Source: an uncultured Alphaproteobacteria bacterium (GTDB lineage: Bacteria; Pseudomonadota; Alphaproteobacteria; Reyranellales; Reyranellaceae). From it: a stretch of DNA of 64,000 nt. Positions 1-10,082 of the stretch are shown one piece after another. Where the stretch lies: contig CAVXWG010000009.1 of assembly GCA_963765385.1 (NCBI GenBank), positions 81,018 through 145,017 on the forward strand, written 5' to 3'. A model generated the notes under the pieces. The model was not told the origin of the DNA. It saw only the letters and a list, made by a program, of their open reading frames with translations, and searched no databases. A program made the translations under genes and the position numbers. Within the stretch, counting starts at the first letter, position 1, and every line of letters starts with the position of its first letter.

Positions 1-690
1 CGCCGCGGTGTCCCATTCGTTGGTCGGGCCGAAGCGCGGGTAGATGTCCGCCTTGCCCTCGGCGATCAGGCAGAATTTAAGCGAGGAGCCGACCTGCACG
101 CGCTCGGCGACGGTGAGTCCCTCGCGGCCGAACCAGATGTCGAGGTCGCTGTAGACGGAATGGCTGCGGCTGGCGCAGCAGGTGAGGCCGTCGTCGGGTT
201 GGGGACGCGTGGCGATCGGCGTGAAGGCGCCACTGTGCTCGCTCTTGTCGGCGCCCAGTCCCGTCGCGCCGCGCCACAGCGTCTCGCTGGCCGGCGCCAG
301 CACGATGCCCAGGGTCGGCCGGCCACCCTCGATCAGAGCGATGTTCACGGTGAATTCGCCGTTCCTCTTGATGAATTCCTTGGTGCCGTCGAGCGGGTCG
401 ACCAGCCAGAACGGCGCGCCCGCCCGGATGGCGTCGATTGCCGGGATGCGACCCGCCGCCATCTCCTCCTCGGCCACGACCGGCGTGTCGGGCGTGAGCT
501 CGCGCAAGCCGGCGACGATGATCGCCTCGGCGGCCTGGTCGGCATCGGTGACCGGGCTCTTGTCGGCCTTGTCGCGCACGCCGAGGTCGCCGGCATAGAT
601 GCGCATGATCTCGCGCGCGGCTGCGAGGGCGAGATCGGTGCACGCTAGGCGCAGGCTCTGGTGGGAAGGCAGGGTGGACACGGAATCCAT
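1..690 (-). CDS. cysQ: 3'(2'),5'-bisphosphate nucleotidase CysQ (inositol monophosphatase family), 3' end runs off the window
   Basis: Manual minus-strand translation from ATG 690: MDSVSTLP...KADKSPVTDAD...FWLVDPLDGTKEF...VGSSLKFCLIAEGKADIYPRFGPTNEWDTAA. Absent from the ORF track because there is no stop in the window. Confidence 0.93.
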   Translation of the reverse strand, partial: MDSVSTLPSHQSLRLACTDLALAAAREIMRIYAGDLGVRDKADKSPVTDADQAAEAIIVAGLRELTPDTPVVAEEEMAAGRIPAIDAIRAGAPFWLVDPLDGTKEFIKRNGEFTVNIALIEGGRPTLGIVLAPASETLWRGATGLGADKSEHSGAFTPIATRPQPDDGLTCCASRSHSVYSDLDIWFGREGLTVAERVQVGSSLKFCLIAEGKADIYPRFGPTNEWDTAA

Positions 691-726
691 TGCGTTGAAG
701 GCGGCGACCTTATAGCCCATTCGTCC

Positions 727-1488
727 ATGGCAAACAGGCTTCTGGGCGTCATATCGGCTTTGCCCGAGGAGTTCGCGCACCTCTCCGACCAGTCGGGCCG
801 GTCGAGCGAAATCGGCGGCCTTGCCTTTTGGCGCGGCGAAATCGCCGGCCGCGCGGCCGTGTTCGTCGAATCGGGGGCCGGCAAGGTCAATGCCGGCATC
901 GCGGCAACCCTGCTGCTGGATCGTTTCGATTGCCGCGCGCTGATGCTGTGCGGCGTGGCGGGCGGCCTCGATCCCGCCCTGGGCGTCGGCGATGTCGTGA
1001 TTGCGACCAGCAACCTCCAGCACGACTATGGCCTGGAGAAGGAGGATGGATACGTCCACATCCAACCCGGCAGCCGGCCTTCGCTCGGCGGCGACTGGAC
1101 GCCGGGCTACAGCGTGTCCGAAGGGCTGGTGGCGCGCCTGCAGGCGGCGGTGAAGGGCCTGGTGCTGGAGCCCCTGCCGTCCGCGGTCGGCGCCGCTCCG
1201 CGCACGCCCACGGTTCATTTCGGCGCGATCCTGACCGGCGACAGCTTCGTCAACTCCGAGCGCACGCGGCGGCGCCTGCGCGAGCGGTTCGCCGCACACG
1301 CCGTCGAGATGGAAGGCGGCGCGGTGGCGCAAGTCGCGCGGCGCTGGGGCGACGACATCCCGGTCGTCAATGTCCGCTGCCTCAGCGACCTGGCCGGTGC
1401 CGAGAGCCATCTCGATTTCCGCGCCTTCCTCCCGGTCGCCTCGCGTTACGCTTCGAAGGTGGCCCACCGGCTGGCGCCGGTCATTTGA
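727..1488 (+). CDS. mtnN: 5'-methylthioadenosine/S-adenosylhomocysteine nucleosidase
   Basis: GVISALPEE, SGAGKVNA, GVAGGL, TGDSFV, VEMEGGAVAQV and RCLSDLA motifs of the PNP/UDP (Pfs) family. Confidence 0.85.
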   Translation: MANRLLGVISALPEEFAHLSDQSGRSSEIGGLAFWRGEIAGRAAVFVESGAGKVNAGIAATLLLDRFDCRALMLCGVAGGLDPALGVGDVVIATSNLQHDYGLEKEDGYVHIQPGSRPSLGGDWTPGYSVSEGLVARLQAAVKGLVLEPLPSAVGAAPRTPTVHFGAILTGDSFVNSERTRRRLRERFAAHAVEMEGGAVAQVARRWGDDIPVVNVRCLSDLAGAESHLDFRAFLPVASRYASKVAHRLAPVI

Positions 1489-1565
1489 TACACTTCTCGC
1501 CCTGAGCCCCTGGCAGCGCCTTGCTAGAGTTGCTGCATGGCAGTGCTTGTCGACAGGTTGGACAG

Positions 1566-1834
1566 ATGAGCAGCGGCGCAAAATTGCGTCGGTTCTGGTT
1601 TAAGTTCGAGGACCATTGGGCGTCGCCGGTCGGCTATGGCGTCACTGCTTGGACTCGCGAAGACGCCGTTGAGATCCTTCGAAGTCAGATCTTCGAAGGC
1701 AGATACCTCGGGCTTCGGTTACAGAGGACGTTGATGTTTCCGAGCTAGATGCGGGGCTTGTTCTACCAAACATGGAAGCGCGCAATTGGCGGGGTATTTG
1801 GTATCCACGCGGCTTTGCCAGGAATTCAAACTAG
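1566..1834 (+). CDS. Small hypothetical protein of about 89 aa, frameshifted near 1702
   Basis: MSSGAKLRRFWFKF...GYGVTAWTREDAVEIL continues in another frame as IPRASVTEDVDVSELDAGLVLPNMEARNWRGIWYPRGFARNSN*; lower GC than the flanks. Confidence 0.6.
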
Positions 1835-1851
1835 CACGTCGCCGGATGCCC

Positions 1852-2725
1852 TCACCGCTTCAAGACGCGGCCGGCAACGGCATCGAGTTCTGGCGATCAT
1901 ATCGGCCGATCGAACGTCGGGCGCCGTGATCAGGGCGTATTCGAGTGCCTGGTCGCAGCCGGCCGGGCAGGGGCTGGGTCGCGTTTCCTTGAGACGCGGC
2001 GCGATCATCGCGACCAGGGTCTTGGCCTTTTCGGCGTTCTCGCCCAGCACGCGTACGATGTCGGCCACCTGCACATGATCATGGTCGGGGTGCCAGCAGT
2101 CGAAGTCGGTGACCATGGCGACTGTCACGTAGCAAATCTCCGCCTCGCGGGCGAGCTTGGCCTCCGGCATGTTGGTCATGCCGATGACATCGCAGCCCCA
2201 GCTTCGGTAGAGGCGCGATTCGGCGAGGCTCGAGAATTGCGGCCCCTCCATCGCGAGATAGGTGCCACCAAACTTGACGGGAAAGCCGGCCACCTGCGCG
2301 CAGTCATGGACGGCGTGCGCCAGGCGGTTGCAGGTCGGATGCGCCATCGAGACATGCGCGACCAGCCCCTCGCCGAAGAAGCTCTTCTCGCGCGCGAAGG
2401 TGCGATCAATGAACTGGTCGACGACCACGAAATGCCCGGGCGGCAGGTCCTCGCGCAGCGATCCGCAGGCCGACAGCGATAGGATGTCGGTGACGCCGGC
2501 GCGCTTCAGGGCATCGATGTTGGCGCGGTAATTGATCGAGCTAGGCGAATGGCGGTGGCCGCGGCCGTGGCGCGGCACGAACACGACGTCGAGGCCGTCC
2601 AGGACCCCGAACAGGAATTCGTCGGAGGTCTCGCCGAAGGGCGAGGCGATCCGCCGCCACGCCGCGTTCTTGAGGCCGGCCATGTCGTAAACGCCGCTGC
2701 CGCCCAGGATACCCAACACCGTCAT
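1852..2725 (-). CDS. mtnP: S-methyl-5'-thioadenosine phosphorylase; apparent 1-nt indel near 1887 (corrected C-terminus ARLDAVAGRVLKR*)
   Basis: GILGGSG, PRHGRGH, INYRANI, MEGPQFS, GMTNMPEAKLAREAEICY, VTDFDCWH. Confidence 0.92.
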
Positions 2726-2762
2726 CTGCTTCTCCTTGTGGGCGGTGGTGTATCATAACTTC

Positions 2763-2923
2763 TGCCTCCCCCGTCATACGGGGGAGGTGCCCCGTCTTAC
2801 GGGGCGGAGGGGGAAGGCAACACAGACGCTTTTGAGAATTTCAGATCTGAAATCGGAAGCTGCTTTACTGAGGCTTTCCCCCTCCGGCCCTTCGGGCCAC
2901 CTCCCCGTAAGACGGGGGAGGCA
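2763..2923. repeat. REPIN/MITE-like palindromic element, family A (CCTCCCCCG..CGGGGGAGG hairpin arms)
   Basis: Inverted arms TGCCTCCCCCGTCATACGGGGGAGG ... CCTCCCCGTAAGACGGGGGAGGCA; close copy at 60669-60819. Confidence 0.85.
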
Positions 2924-2949
2924 CTGACGAACAAGTGAAGGACAAATCC

Positions 2950-3796
2950 ATGGGCAAGCTCGACGGCAAGATCACCATCGTCACCGGCGCGACCAGCGGT
3001 ATCGGCCGGCGCACCGTCGAGATCTTCGTCCAGGAAGGCGCCAAGGTCCTGGCGACCGGCCGGCGGGAGGAGCTCGGCCGCACGCTCGAGGCGGCACTGG
3101 GCGAGGACAAGTGCCTGTTCGTGAAGGCCGACGCCACCAAGGAAGCCGACGTCAAGGCGGTGATCGATGCCTGCGTCTCAAAATGGGGCCGGCTCGACTG
3201 TCTGTTCAACAATGCCGGCGGCCCGGCGCCGGTGGGCGGCATCGAGACCGTGCCGGTCGAGGGCTTCGACGCGGCGATGGCGACCCTGGTGCGCTCGGTC
3301 ATGCTGGGCATGAAGCATGCCGCGCCGATCATGATGAAGCAGGGCTCGGGCAGCATCATCAACAACGGCAGCGTGGCGGGACGCCGCGCCGGCTACTCGA
3401 CCTCGATGATCTACGGCGCCGCCAAGGCGGCGGTGAACCATCTCACGGTGTGCGCCGCCATGCAGCTCGGCGAGAAGAACGTGCGCTGCAACTCGATCTC
3501 GCCGGGCGGCATCGCCACCGGCATCTTTGCCAAGGCGCTGGGTCTCGCGCCTGACAAGGCCGACGCCCATGCCGAGGCGATGAAGGCCAGCATGGCCAAG
3601 AACCAGCCGATCCCGCGCGCCGGCATCACCGACGATATCGCCCACGCGGCGGTGTTTCTCGCCTCGGACGACTTCGAGCTTCATCAACGGCCACGACCTC
3701 GTGGTCGATGGCGGCCTGGTCGGCGGCCGCATGTGGACGCCGCATCAGGAAGGCGTGAAGGCGATGCGCCAGGCGTTTGGGGTGGACGAGGTGTAA
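2950..3796 (+). CDS. SDR family oxidoreductase, frameshifted near 3673
   Basis: TGATSGIG, NNAG, YGAAK; the C-terminus SSFINGHDLVVDGG...AFGVDEV* lies in a shifted frame. Confidence 0.88.
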
Positions 3797-3903
3797 GAGC
3801 GGGCCGGCGCCGTTCGCTGCGAGAGGCCTCGCGGAAGCGGCGGCCCTCTTCTTGCATGCCGCGCGGCAGCAGGCGCAATTACGCGCGAACGAGACCCGAC
3901 AGC

Positions 3904-5206
3904 ATGGCCAAACGTCAATTCCATCTCTCCTGGTTCCTGTCGCAAGGCTACGGCCCGAAGACCTGGCGCGGGCCTTGGCCCGGCAGCGACACGGCGCGCT
4001 GGATGATGCCCGATTTGTTCCTCGACCTCGCGCGCGGGCTGGAGCGTGCCTGCTTCGATTACGTCATCATCGAGGATTCTTCGATGGTGCCCTACACCTA
4101 CCGCGGCTCGCACGACACCTATCTGCAGTATGCCGCCAGCACGCCCAAGCTCGACCCGGCGGTGCTCGTCTCCTATCTCGCCCAGGGCACAACGCATCTC
4201 GGCCTCATCCCGACCCTGTCGGTGACGGAGTACCCGCCCTTCCTGCTCGCGCGGCTGGTCAATTCGCTCGACCACGTGACCGAGGGACGCATCGGATGGA
4301 ATTGCGTCACCAGCAGCAATGACGGCGCGGCGCAGAACTATGGCCATGTGCAACAGCCGCCGCACGACGAGCGTTATGACCTGGCGGATGAATTCGCCGA
4401 TCTCGTCACCAAGCTGTGGGACGCCTGGGAGCCCGACGCCGTCGTGCTCGACCGTGAAGCGCCCATGTTCGCCGACGGCAGCAAGGTCACGCGCGGTGAA
4501 CCACGAGGGTAAATACTTCCGTTGCCGCGGCCCGTTGAACGCGCCGCGCTCGCCGCAGGGCCGCCCGCCGATCTGCCAGGCCGGCGGCTCGCCGCGCGGA
4601 CAGGAGTTCGCCGCCCGCTGGGCCGATACGATCATCACCGACGCCGGCAGCGTCGAGGCCATGAAAGCATATCGCGGGAACGTGCGGCGGCGTGCCGCCG
4701 CGGCCGGGCGCGATCCGCACTCGATCAAGGTGCTGTTCCTGGCGTACCCGCTGGTCGACACGACGATGGAAGCGGCGCGCGAGCGGCGGCGCCTGCTGCG
4801 GGAGGACGCCAACCGTCACCTCGACATGCAGTTGTCGACAATGTCGCGCCTGACCAACATCGACTTCTCGCAATTCGATCCGGACGAGCCGCTCCCGAAG
4901 CTGTCCACCGAAGGCCATCAGTCGTCGCTTGCCAAGTGGATCGGCAAGACGCCACGCGAAGTGGCGGGAAGCCAGTCGGCCAAGATGGGCATCGACTTCA
5001 CCGGCACGATCGACCATGTGGCGGGAATGATGCAGGAGATCATGGAGGAAGTCGGCGGCGACGGCTTCCTGTTCTTCAACACCTACTTCGACCGGCGCTA
5101 CATCATGGAGGTGTGCGACGGGCTGGTGCCCGAACTCCAGCGCCGCGGATTGACGCGGACGCGATACGCCCACAGGCAACTCAAGGACAACCTTTTGGAG
5201 TTTTAG
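3904..5206 (+). CDS. NtaA/DmoA/SnaA-family FMN-dependent monooxygenase (luciferase-like), frameshifted near 4491
   Basis: LERACFDYVIIED, PFLLARLVNSLDHVTEGRIGWNCVTS, then HEGKYFRCRGPLNAPRSPQGRPPICQAGGS and LVPELQRRGL. Confidence 0.9.
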
Positions 5207-5238
5207 TACCGATCGCTTCGAGTAGCGTCATGGTCTTC

Positions 5239-5298
5239 CGGAGCGCGGGCGTCCCGCCCGCCTCATCATCATGAGGCGGGCGGGACGCCCGCGCTCCG
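5239..5298. repeat. REP-like hairpin, family D
   Basis: GGAGCGCGGGCGTCCCGCCCGC-ctcatcatcatgag-GCGGGCGGGACGCCCGCGCTCC inverted repeat. Confidence 0.85.
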
Positions 5299-5335
5299 AA
5301 TGAGCATGATGAGGCGCGCCGCATCGGAATACGTT

Positions 5336-5647
5336 CTAAGCGTCGGCAACCGCCCAGTTGCTCTCGGGCGGCCATGACGCCCCGACCCTGTCGCCGACCG
5401 GGAAAGCGGAACGCGCCTGCATCGCTAGCGGATTGGGCACGAAGGCGAGGAAAGGCGTTCCGTCGTCCCGCTTTCGGAGGCAGGCGTGGCTGCCTCCAGG
5501 ACGTTCAGCGCAACTGCCTCCGGGCGCACCGAGATAAGGACGTCCTACGCACTCGATGTCATGCGGCACAGTCAGCACGATCTGTGCCGAGCGTAATCCG
5601 GTCTTGCCGTTATTCCCCTTCCCGGTATGGAATTTGTCCTGCGGCAT
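5336..5647 (-). pseudogene. Possible remnant of an ABC ATPase C-terminal TOBE domain
   Basis: The C-terminus RDDGTPFLAFVPN...FPVGDRVGASWPPESNWAV resembles PotA-type TOBE ends; the N-terminal part does not look protein-like. Confidence 0.35.
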
Positions 5648-5825
5648 GTCGGCAATGACGCGCTGTCCTTCTGGACGCGGTGAACCGCCTGACGCAGGCC
5701 ATCATGGCGACGTCTGGTGCCGCGCACAGCGGGTTGGTCAGACGCGGTACATGGACGTAGAACCGGATAGTACAGTACCGTCCCCCGGCACCGCCGCCTT
5801 AGGCGCGGGATCGGAGCCGGGGGCC

Positions 5826-6620
5826 ATGCCAGGTTTTTGGAAAGCAGCCGTCATTCTCTCGATCGCATTTCCGGGGGCGACCGCGGCGAGCGCCAAATCG
5901 AGCACCCAATGCACCGGCTTGGGCTTCTGCTACTGCGTGAATGAGGATCTTCGGCCCATCATCGATCGCCACATCGCCGCCCTACGGACGACGATCCATG
6001 CCCAGCGCGATCTCGGCAAGGCGATCGGCTATATCAGCGTTCCGATCGCCACGGTCGAAGGGAGCTATGCCGGCGTGGACATCGACGCCTCGGCCGATGT
6101 CAGTGCGCGGCTGGGGGCACGCCTGGGCCGCGAGTTTGTCTGGACCCTCAATCCCGGCGCCGGCAGCTGGAAGCTTCCGGACAATGCCACCGGCGCCGAT
6201 TACATGTTCATGTGGACGACGGTCTTCGAGGGCGTTGATGGAACAGGCGCCGATTTCGACTTCGTCTACTTCGTGGGACCATCGGACTTTGCCGCGCTGC
6301 TGAAGCTCGATGGCACGGCCGATATGCAGAAGGTCGAGGCCTATTACGACGAGCGCGTCGCCCGCGATCCGGCTCTCGCCAGGATCGACAAGCGCGCCTT
6401 CCGCAACTATTACTCGCTACGCGCCTCGGTCGCTTTCAGCCTGGGCGCGCACGACGAATGGAATATCGCCAAGGCGATCAACGATCGGCGGCGCGCGCGG
6501 GATCCGTCGATCGGCATCCCGGGTCAGCTCGCCATCCTGTTCGACGGTCGTGCCGTGCCTCCGGGCGCCTTCGAAAGCACCGTGCAGCCGGGCGACGCCG
6601 GGGCATGCGCGGCCAGGTGA
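5826..6620 (+). CDS. Hypothetical exported protein
   Basis: N-terminal hydrophobic segment ending in ASA (signal-peptide-like), CxxxxxCxC motif, typical codon usage. Confidence 0.75.
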   Translation: MPGFWKAAVILSIAFPGATAASAKSSTQCTGLGFCYCVNEDLRPIIDRHIAALRTTIHAQRDLGKAIGYISVPIATVEGSYAGVDIDASADVSARLGARLGREFVWTLNPGAGSWKLPDNATGADYMFMWTTVFEGVDGTGADFDFVYFVGPSDFAALLKLDGTADMQKVEAYYDERVARDPALARIDKRAFRNYYSLRASVAFSLGAHDEWNIAKAINDRRRARDPSIGIPGQLAILFDGRAVPPGAFESTVQPGDAGACAAR

Positions 6621-6661
6621 TGGCAAGCGTCGCGGCCGGGAAGATCACGGGGACGCACGCC

Positions 6662-8716
6662 ATGGGCAAGGAATTCTGGAAGTCGGCGTGCCCGCATGAT
6701 TGCCCGAGCGCCTGCTCGCTCGAAGTCGAACGCCTGTCGTCGACGCGCATCGGCCGGATCCGCGGCGCCGCCGCGAACAGCTACACCGATGGCGTCGTCT
6801 GCGCCAAGGTCGCGCGCTATGCCGAGCGCGTCCACCATCCCGACCGGTTGAAGCAGCCGCTGCAGCGGACGGGCGAGAAAGGGCAGGGCACGTTCCGGCC
6901 GATCTCGTGGGGTGCCGCCCTGGACGAAGTCGCCGAAGCGTTAAGCCGCGCGACGCAAGCCCACGGTGCCGAATCGGTATGGCCCTATCATTCCGGCGGC
7001 ACGATGGGCGTCGTGCAGCGCTGGGGCATCGACCGTCTGCGCCATGCCCTGGGCTATTCCCGCCAGAAGACCACGATCTGCATGACGCCGGCCGAATCGG
7101 GCTGGCGCGCCGGCGTCGGCAAGCTGTTGGGGCCGGATCCGCGCGAGATGGCGGAGTCCGACCTTATCGTCGTGTGGGGCGGCAATCCCGTGTCGACGCA
7201 GGTCAATGCAATGACCCACATCGCCAAGGCCCGCAAACAGCGCGGCGCCAAACTCGTGGTCGTCGACGTCTATCGCACGCCCACCGTCGAGGCGGCCGAC
7301 ATCGGCCTGGTGCTGCGGCCCGGCACCGACGCTGCATTGGCGCTCGCGGTGATGCACGTGCTGCTGAAGGAGGGTTTCGCCGACCGCGCCTATCTCGCGC
7401 GCCGCACCGACTTCGGCCCCGCGATCGAGGCGCATCTTGCCGACAAGACGCCGCAATGGGCGTCTGCTGTGACGGGCCTGTCGGCAGAGGAAATCGTGAC
7501 CTTCGCGCGGCTCTATGGCGGCACCAGGCGCTCCTTCCTCCGCGTCGGCTTCGGTTTCACGCGCACGCGCAACGGCTCGGCGGCGATGCACGCGGTGACC
7601 TGCCTGCCGGCGATCACCGGCGCCTGGCAGCATCCGGGCGGCGGCGCCTTCTTCCTCAATTGGGACAACTGGCAGCTCGACACCAGGCTGGCGCACGGGC
7701 TCGACCTCATGAACCCGGCGACGCGGGTGCTCGACCAGTCGCGCATCGGCCCGGTCCTTTGCGGCGACCCCGATGCCCTGGCCGGCGGGCCGCCGGTCGC
7801 CGCAATGCTGATGCAGAACGCCAACTCGGCGAACGTCGCGCCCGACAGCGCTTCCGTGGCGCGCGGCCTGGGCCGCGACGATCTCTTCCTGTGCGTTCAC
7901 GAGCAGTTCATGACGGCCACGGCGAAGTACGCCGACATCCTGCTGCCGGCCGCGATGTTCCTCGAATACGACGACATCTACTATGGCCTCGGTCACACGC
8001 ATCTGACGGTGGGGCCCGCCGTGCTCGACCGCTACCAGGAGTGCCGCACCAATCACGAGCTGATCTGCCAGCTCGGGCAACGGCTGGGCGCCCCGCAGGC
8101 GAGCTTCCGCATGAGCGCCGTGGAGCTGCTCGACGCCACCCTGCGCGCCTCGGGCAAGGGAACCTGGGGAGAGGCGGCGGCGCGCGGCTGGGTCGATTGT
8201 GCGGACAGTTTCCAGGCGTCGCATTTCCTCGACGGCTTCCCCTCATCCGATGGTCGATTCCATTTCAAGCCGGACTGGGCGGCCGTCGGTCCGTACCATG
8301 CCGGCATGAAGCCACTGCCCGATCATCTCGAGAACTACGAGCACGAAACCGAGGATCTGCCGTTCCGCCTGGTCGTGCCGCCGGCGCGCGGCTTCCTCAA
8401 CACCACCTTCACCGAGACGCCGGGGTCGGTCGCCCGCGAAGGCGAGCCGCGGGCGCTGATTCATGAAGACGACGCGTCCCGGCTGGGCCTCTCGGAAGGC
8501 GCCCTGGTGCGGCTCGGCAATGCGCGCGGCGAGGTGAAGCTGCGCGCCCGCCCCGCGCGCACGGCGCGTCCGGGCGTCGTGATTGTCGAGGGCAACTGGC
8601 CGAGCGACGCCTACCTCGATCGGGTCGGCATCAATGTCCTGATCGGCGCCGATCCGGTTCCCCCCAACGGCGGCGCCGCCTTTCACGATACGGCGATCTG
8701 GCTGCGCGCGGCGTGA
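6662..8716 (+). CDS. Molybdopterin-dependent oxidoreductase (MopB superfamily)
   Basis: ACPHDCPSAC...CAK 4Fe-4S motif, HPDRLKQPL, WGGNP, LRPGTD, TATAKYADILLPA, C-terminal molydopterin-binding domain. Confidence 0.92.
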   Translation: MGKEFWKSACPHDCPSACSLEVERLSSTRIGRIRGAAANSYTDGVVCAKVARYAERVHHPDRLKQPLQRTGEKGQGTFRPISWGAALDEVAEALSRATQAHGAESVWPYHSGGTMGVVQRWGIDRLRHALGYSRQKTTICMTPAESGWRAGVGKLLGPDPREMAESDLIVVWGGNPVSTQVNAMTHIAKARKQRGAKLVVVDVYRTPTVEAADIGLVLRPGTDAALALAVMHVLLKEGFADRAYLARRTDFGPAIEAHLADKTPQWASAVTGLSAEEIVTFARLYGGTRRSFLRVGFGFTRTRNGSAAMHAVTCLPAITGAWQHPGGGAFFLNWDNWQLDTRLAHGLDLMNPATRVLDQSRIGPVLCGDPDALAGGPPVAAMLMQNANSANVAPDSASVARGLGRDDLFLCVHEQFMTATAKYADILLPAAMFLEYDDIYYGLGHTHLTVGPAVLDRYQECRTNHELICQLGQRLGAPQASFRMSAVELLDATLRASGKGTWGEAAARGWVDCADSFQASHFLDGFPSSDGRFHFKPDWAAVGPYHAGMKPLPDHLENYEHETEDLPFRLVVPPARGFLNTTFTETPGSVAREGEPRALIHEDDASRLGLSEGALVRLGNARGEVKLRARPARTARPGVVIVEGNWPSDAYLDRVGINVLIGADPVPPNGGAAFHDTAIWLRAA

Positions 8717-8733
8717 CGGCGCCGACCATGAAC

Positions 8734-9045
8734 TCATCTCGGCTTGTTGGCCGTCTCCGGATCCTGCGAGACGTACTGGCGCTCGCCTGAGGACGGTTGA
8801 TAGAAGACGTCGACCGTCTTGCCGCTCTCCGGATCGACGAAGCGCTCGGTCGTCCTGACCCAGCCGGGACCGGGCTTCTTGTCGCGCAACGGCTTGTAGA
8901 TCACGCGCTCGAACACGGTTCCTGCCGTGATGGCGCCGCCCACCGCGAGAAGCCACAGCGGCAGAGCGGGCACGCCGTAACTGATGGCGATCACGCCGGC
9001 CGCCAGCAGCGCAAGGCCCAGCACCAGTACGGTGAGACGCAGCAT
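8734..9045 (-). CDS. Hypothetical membrane protein
   Basis: Two hydrophobic helices followed by TTERFVDPESGKTVDVFY; directly follows the YbjQ-like gene. Confidence 0.75.
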   Translation of the reverse strand: MLRLTVLVLGLALLAAGVIAISYGVPALPLWLLAVGGAITAGTVFERVIYKPLRDKKPGPGWVRTTERFVDPESGKTVDVFYQPSSGERQYVSQDPETANKPR

Positions 9046-9046
9046 G

Positions 9047-9373
9047 TCAGGCGGACACCGGCTCCAGGACGACGGCCGTTCCGTAGGCCACGATCTCGCT
9101 CATCGTCTGGCCGATCTCGGCGGAATTGAAGCGCATCATGATGACCGCGTTGGCGCCCATGGCGGTGGCATTGGCGACCAGCCGGTCGACCGCGTGACGC
9201 CGCGCTTCCTCGAGCAGCTGGGTGTATTCGTGGATCTCGCCGCCGACGATGGAGCGAAGGCCTGCCATGATGTTGCCGCCGATGCCCCGGCTGCGGACGA
9301 CCACGCCGAAAACCTGCCCCAGGGTGGTCACCACGCGATGTCCTGCGACAGTCTCGGTCGTGGCAATGATCAC
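9047..9373 (-). CDS. YbjQ/UPF0145 family protein
   Basis: GTG start after GGAGG; IIATTETVAG, AGLRSIVGGEIHEYT, GANAVI, AYGTAV. Confidence 0.9.
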   Translation of the reverse strand: MIIATTETVAGHRVVTTLGQVFGVVVRSRGIGGNIMAGLRSIVGGEIHEYTQLLEEARRHAVDRLVANATAMGANAVIMMRFNSAEIGQTMSEIVAYGTAVVLEPVSA

Positions 9374-9452
9374 GCGCGGCCTCCAATCTGGCGGGGTGCA
9401 CCACCGACGATAGCACCGGCTGGGCTTGAAGACGACGCGGCAGGAGAGGCTC

Positions 9453-10082
9453 ATGCTGCGACCCAAGGCGCTCGATCATGTCGGCATCACGGTGACGGAC
9501 ATGGACCGGAGCTTGCGCTTCTATTGCGAGGTCCTGAGGCTCGAGCTGCTGCGTCGGACGGCACGCGGCGCGGCTGGCATCGCCTCGGCGGTGCTAAAGG
9601 TCGGTGATCAGGAGATCAACGTGTTCTCCGATCCGGCTTTGGCGTCGGCTCACCTCGACGCCAACAGGACGGGCCTCGACCATTTCTGTCTGGAGGTCGC
9701 GAGCACCACGATCGAGGATCTCGTCGCGGCCCTCCGTCAGGTGGGCGTGGAGATCGCAAAGGGACCGGTGCGGCGGAGGGATGGGACGTCGCTCTTCGTC
9801 AGCGATCCCGATCGTTGCCGCGTCGAGCTCATCGTCAAGAATGTGATCGGGAAACTGACCCAAGCGTGCGCGAAGCCTGAAGAGTCGGCGGCATATCCCC
9901 ACCAGGATGCGGCATTTAGCCTGCGGATTAGGGGGCCTGAGGACTCTTTGCACGACGATTGCGGTTACTCGGCAGGGTGTTCTGTGATAGCCGTTCGCCC
10001 GCAAAAAGACCGGATGGGATGCGGTCTTTCGATGGGCAAAAGGGCCTTTTGGGAGGCCGCGTGGGGTGTGGGTTGGTGCTGA
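9453..10082 (+). CDS. VOC/glyoxalase family protein; the domain ends near 9845 and the C-terminal extension is doubtful
   Basis: LDHVGITVTDMDRSLRFY, LDHFCLEV, LFVSDPDRCRVEL. Confidence 0.8.
   Translation: MLRPKALDHVGITVTDMDRSLRFYCEVLRLELLRRTARGAAGIASAVLKVGDQEINVFSDPALASAHLDANRTGLDHFCLEVASTTIEDLVAALRQVGVEIAKGPVRRRDGTSLFVSDPDRCRVELIVKNVIGKLTQACAKPEESAAYPHQDAAFSLRIRGPEDSLHDDCGYSAGCSVIAVRPQKDRMGCGLSMGKRAFWEAAWGVGWC

Noticed and set aside
2935-4512. 525-aa SDR-monooxygenase fusion in the ORF track
   Set aside because: Produced by a frameshift near 3673; the SDR has its own stop at 3796 and the monooxygenase its own ATG at 3904
9846-10082. C-terminal extension of the VOC protein as an extra domain
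   Set aside because: Lower GC and non-protein-like; probably read-through into the island junction
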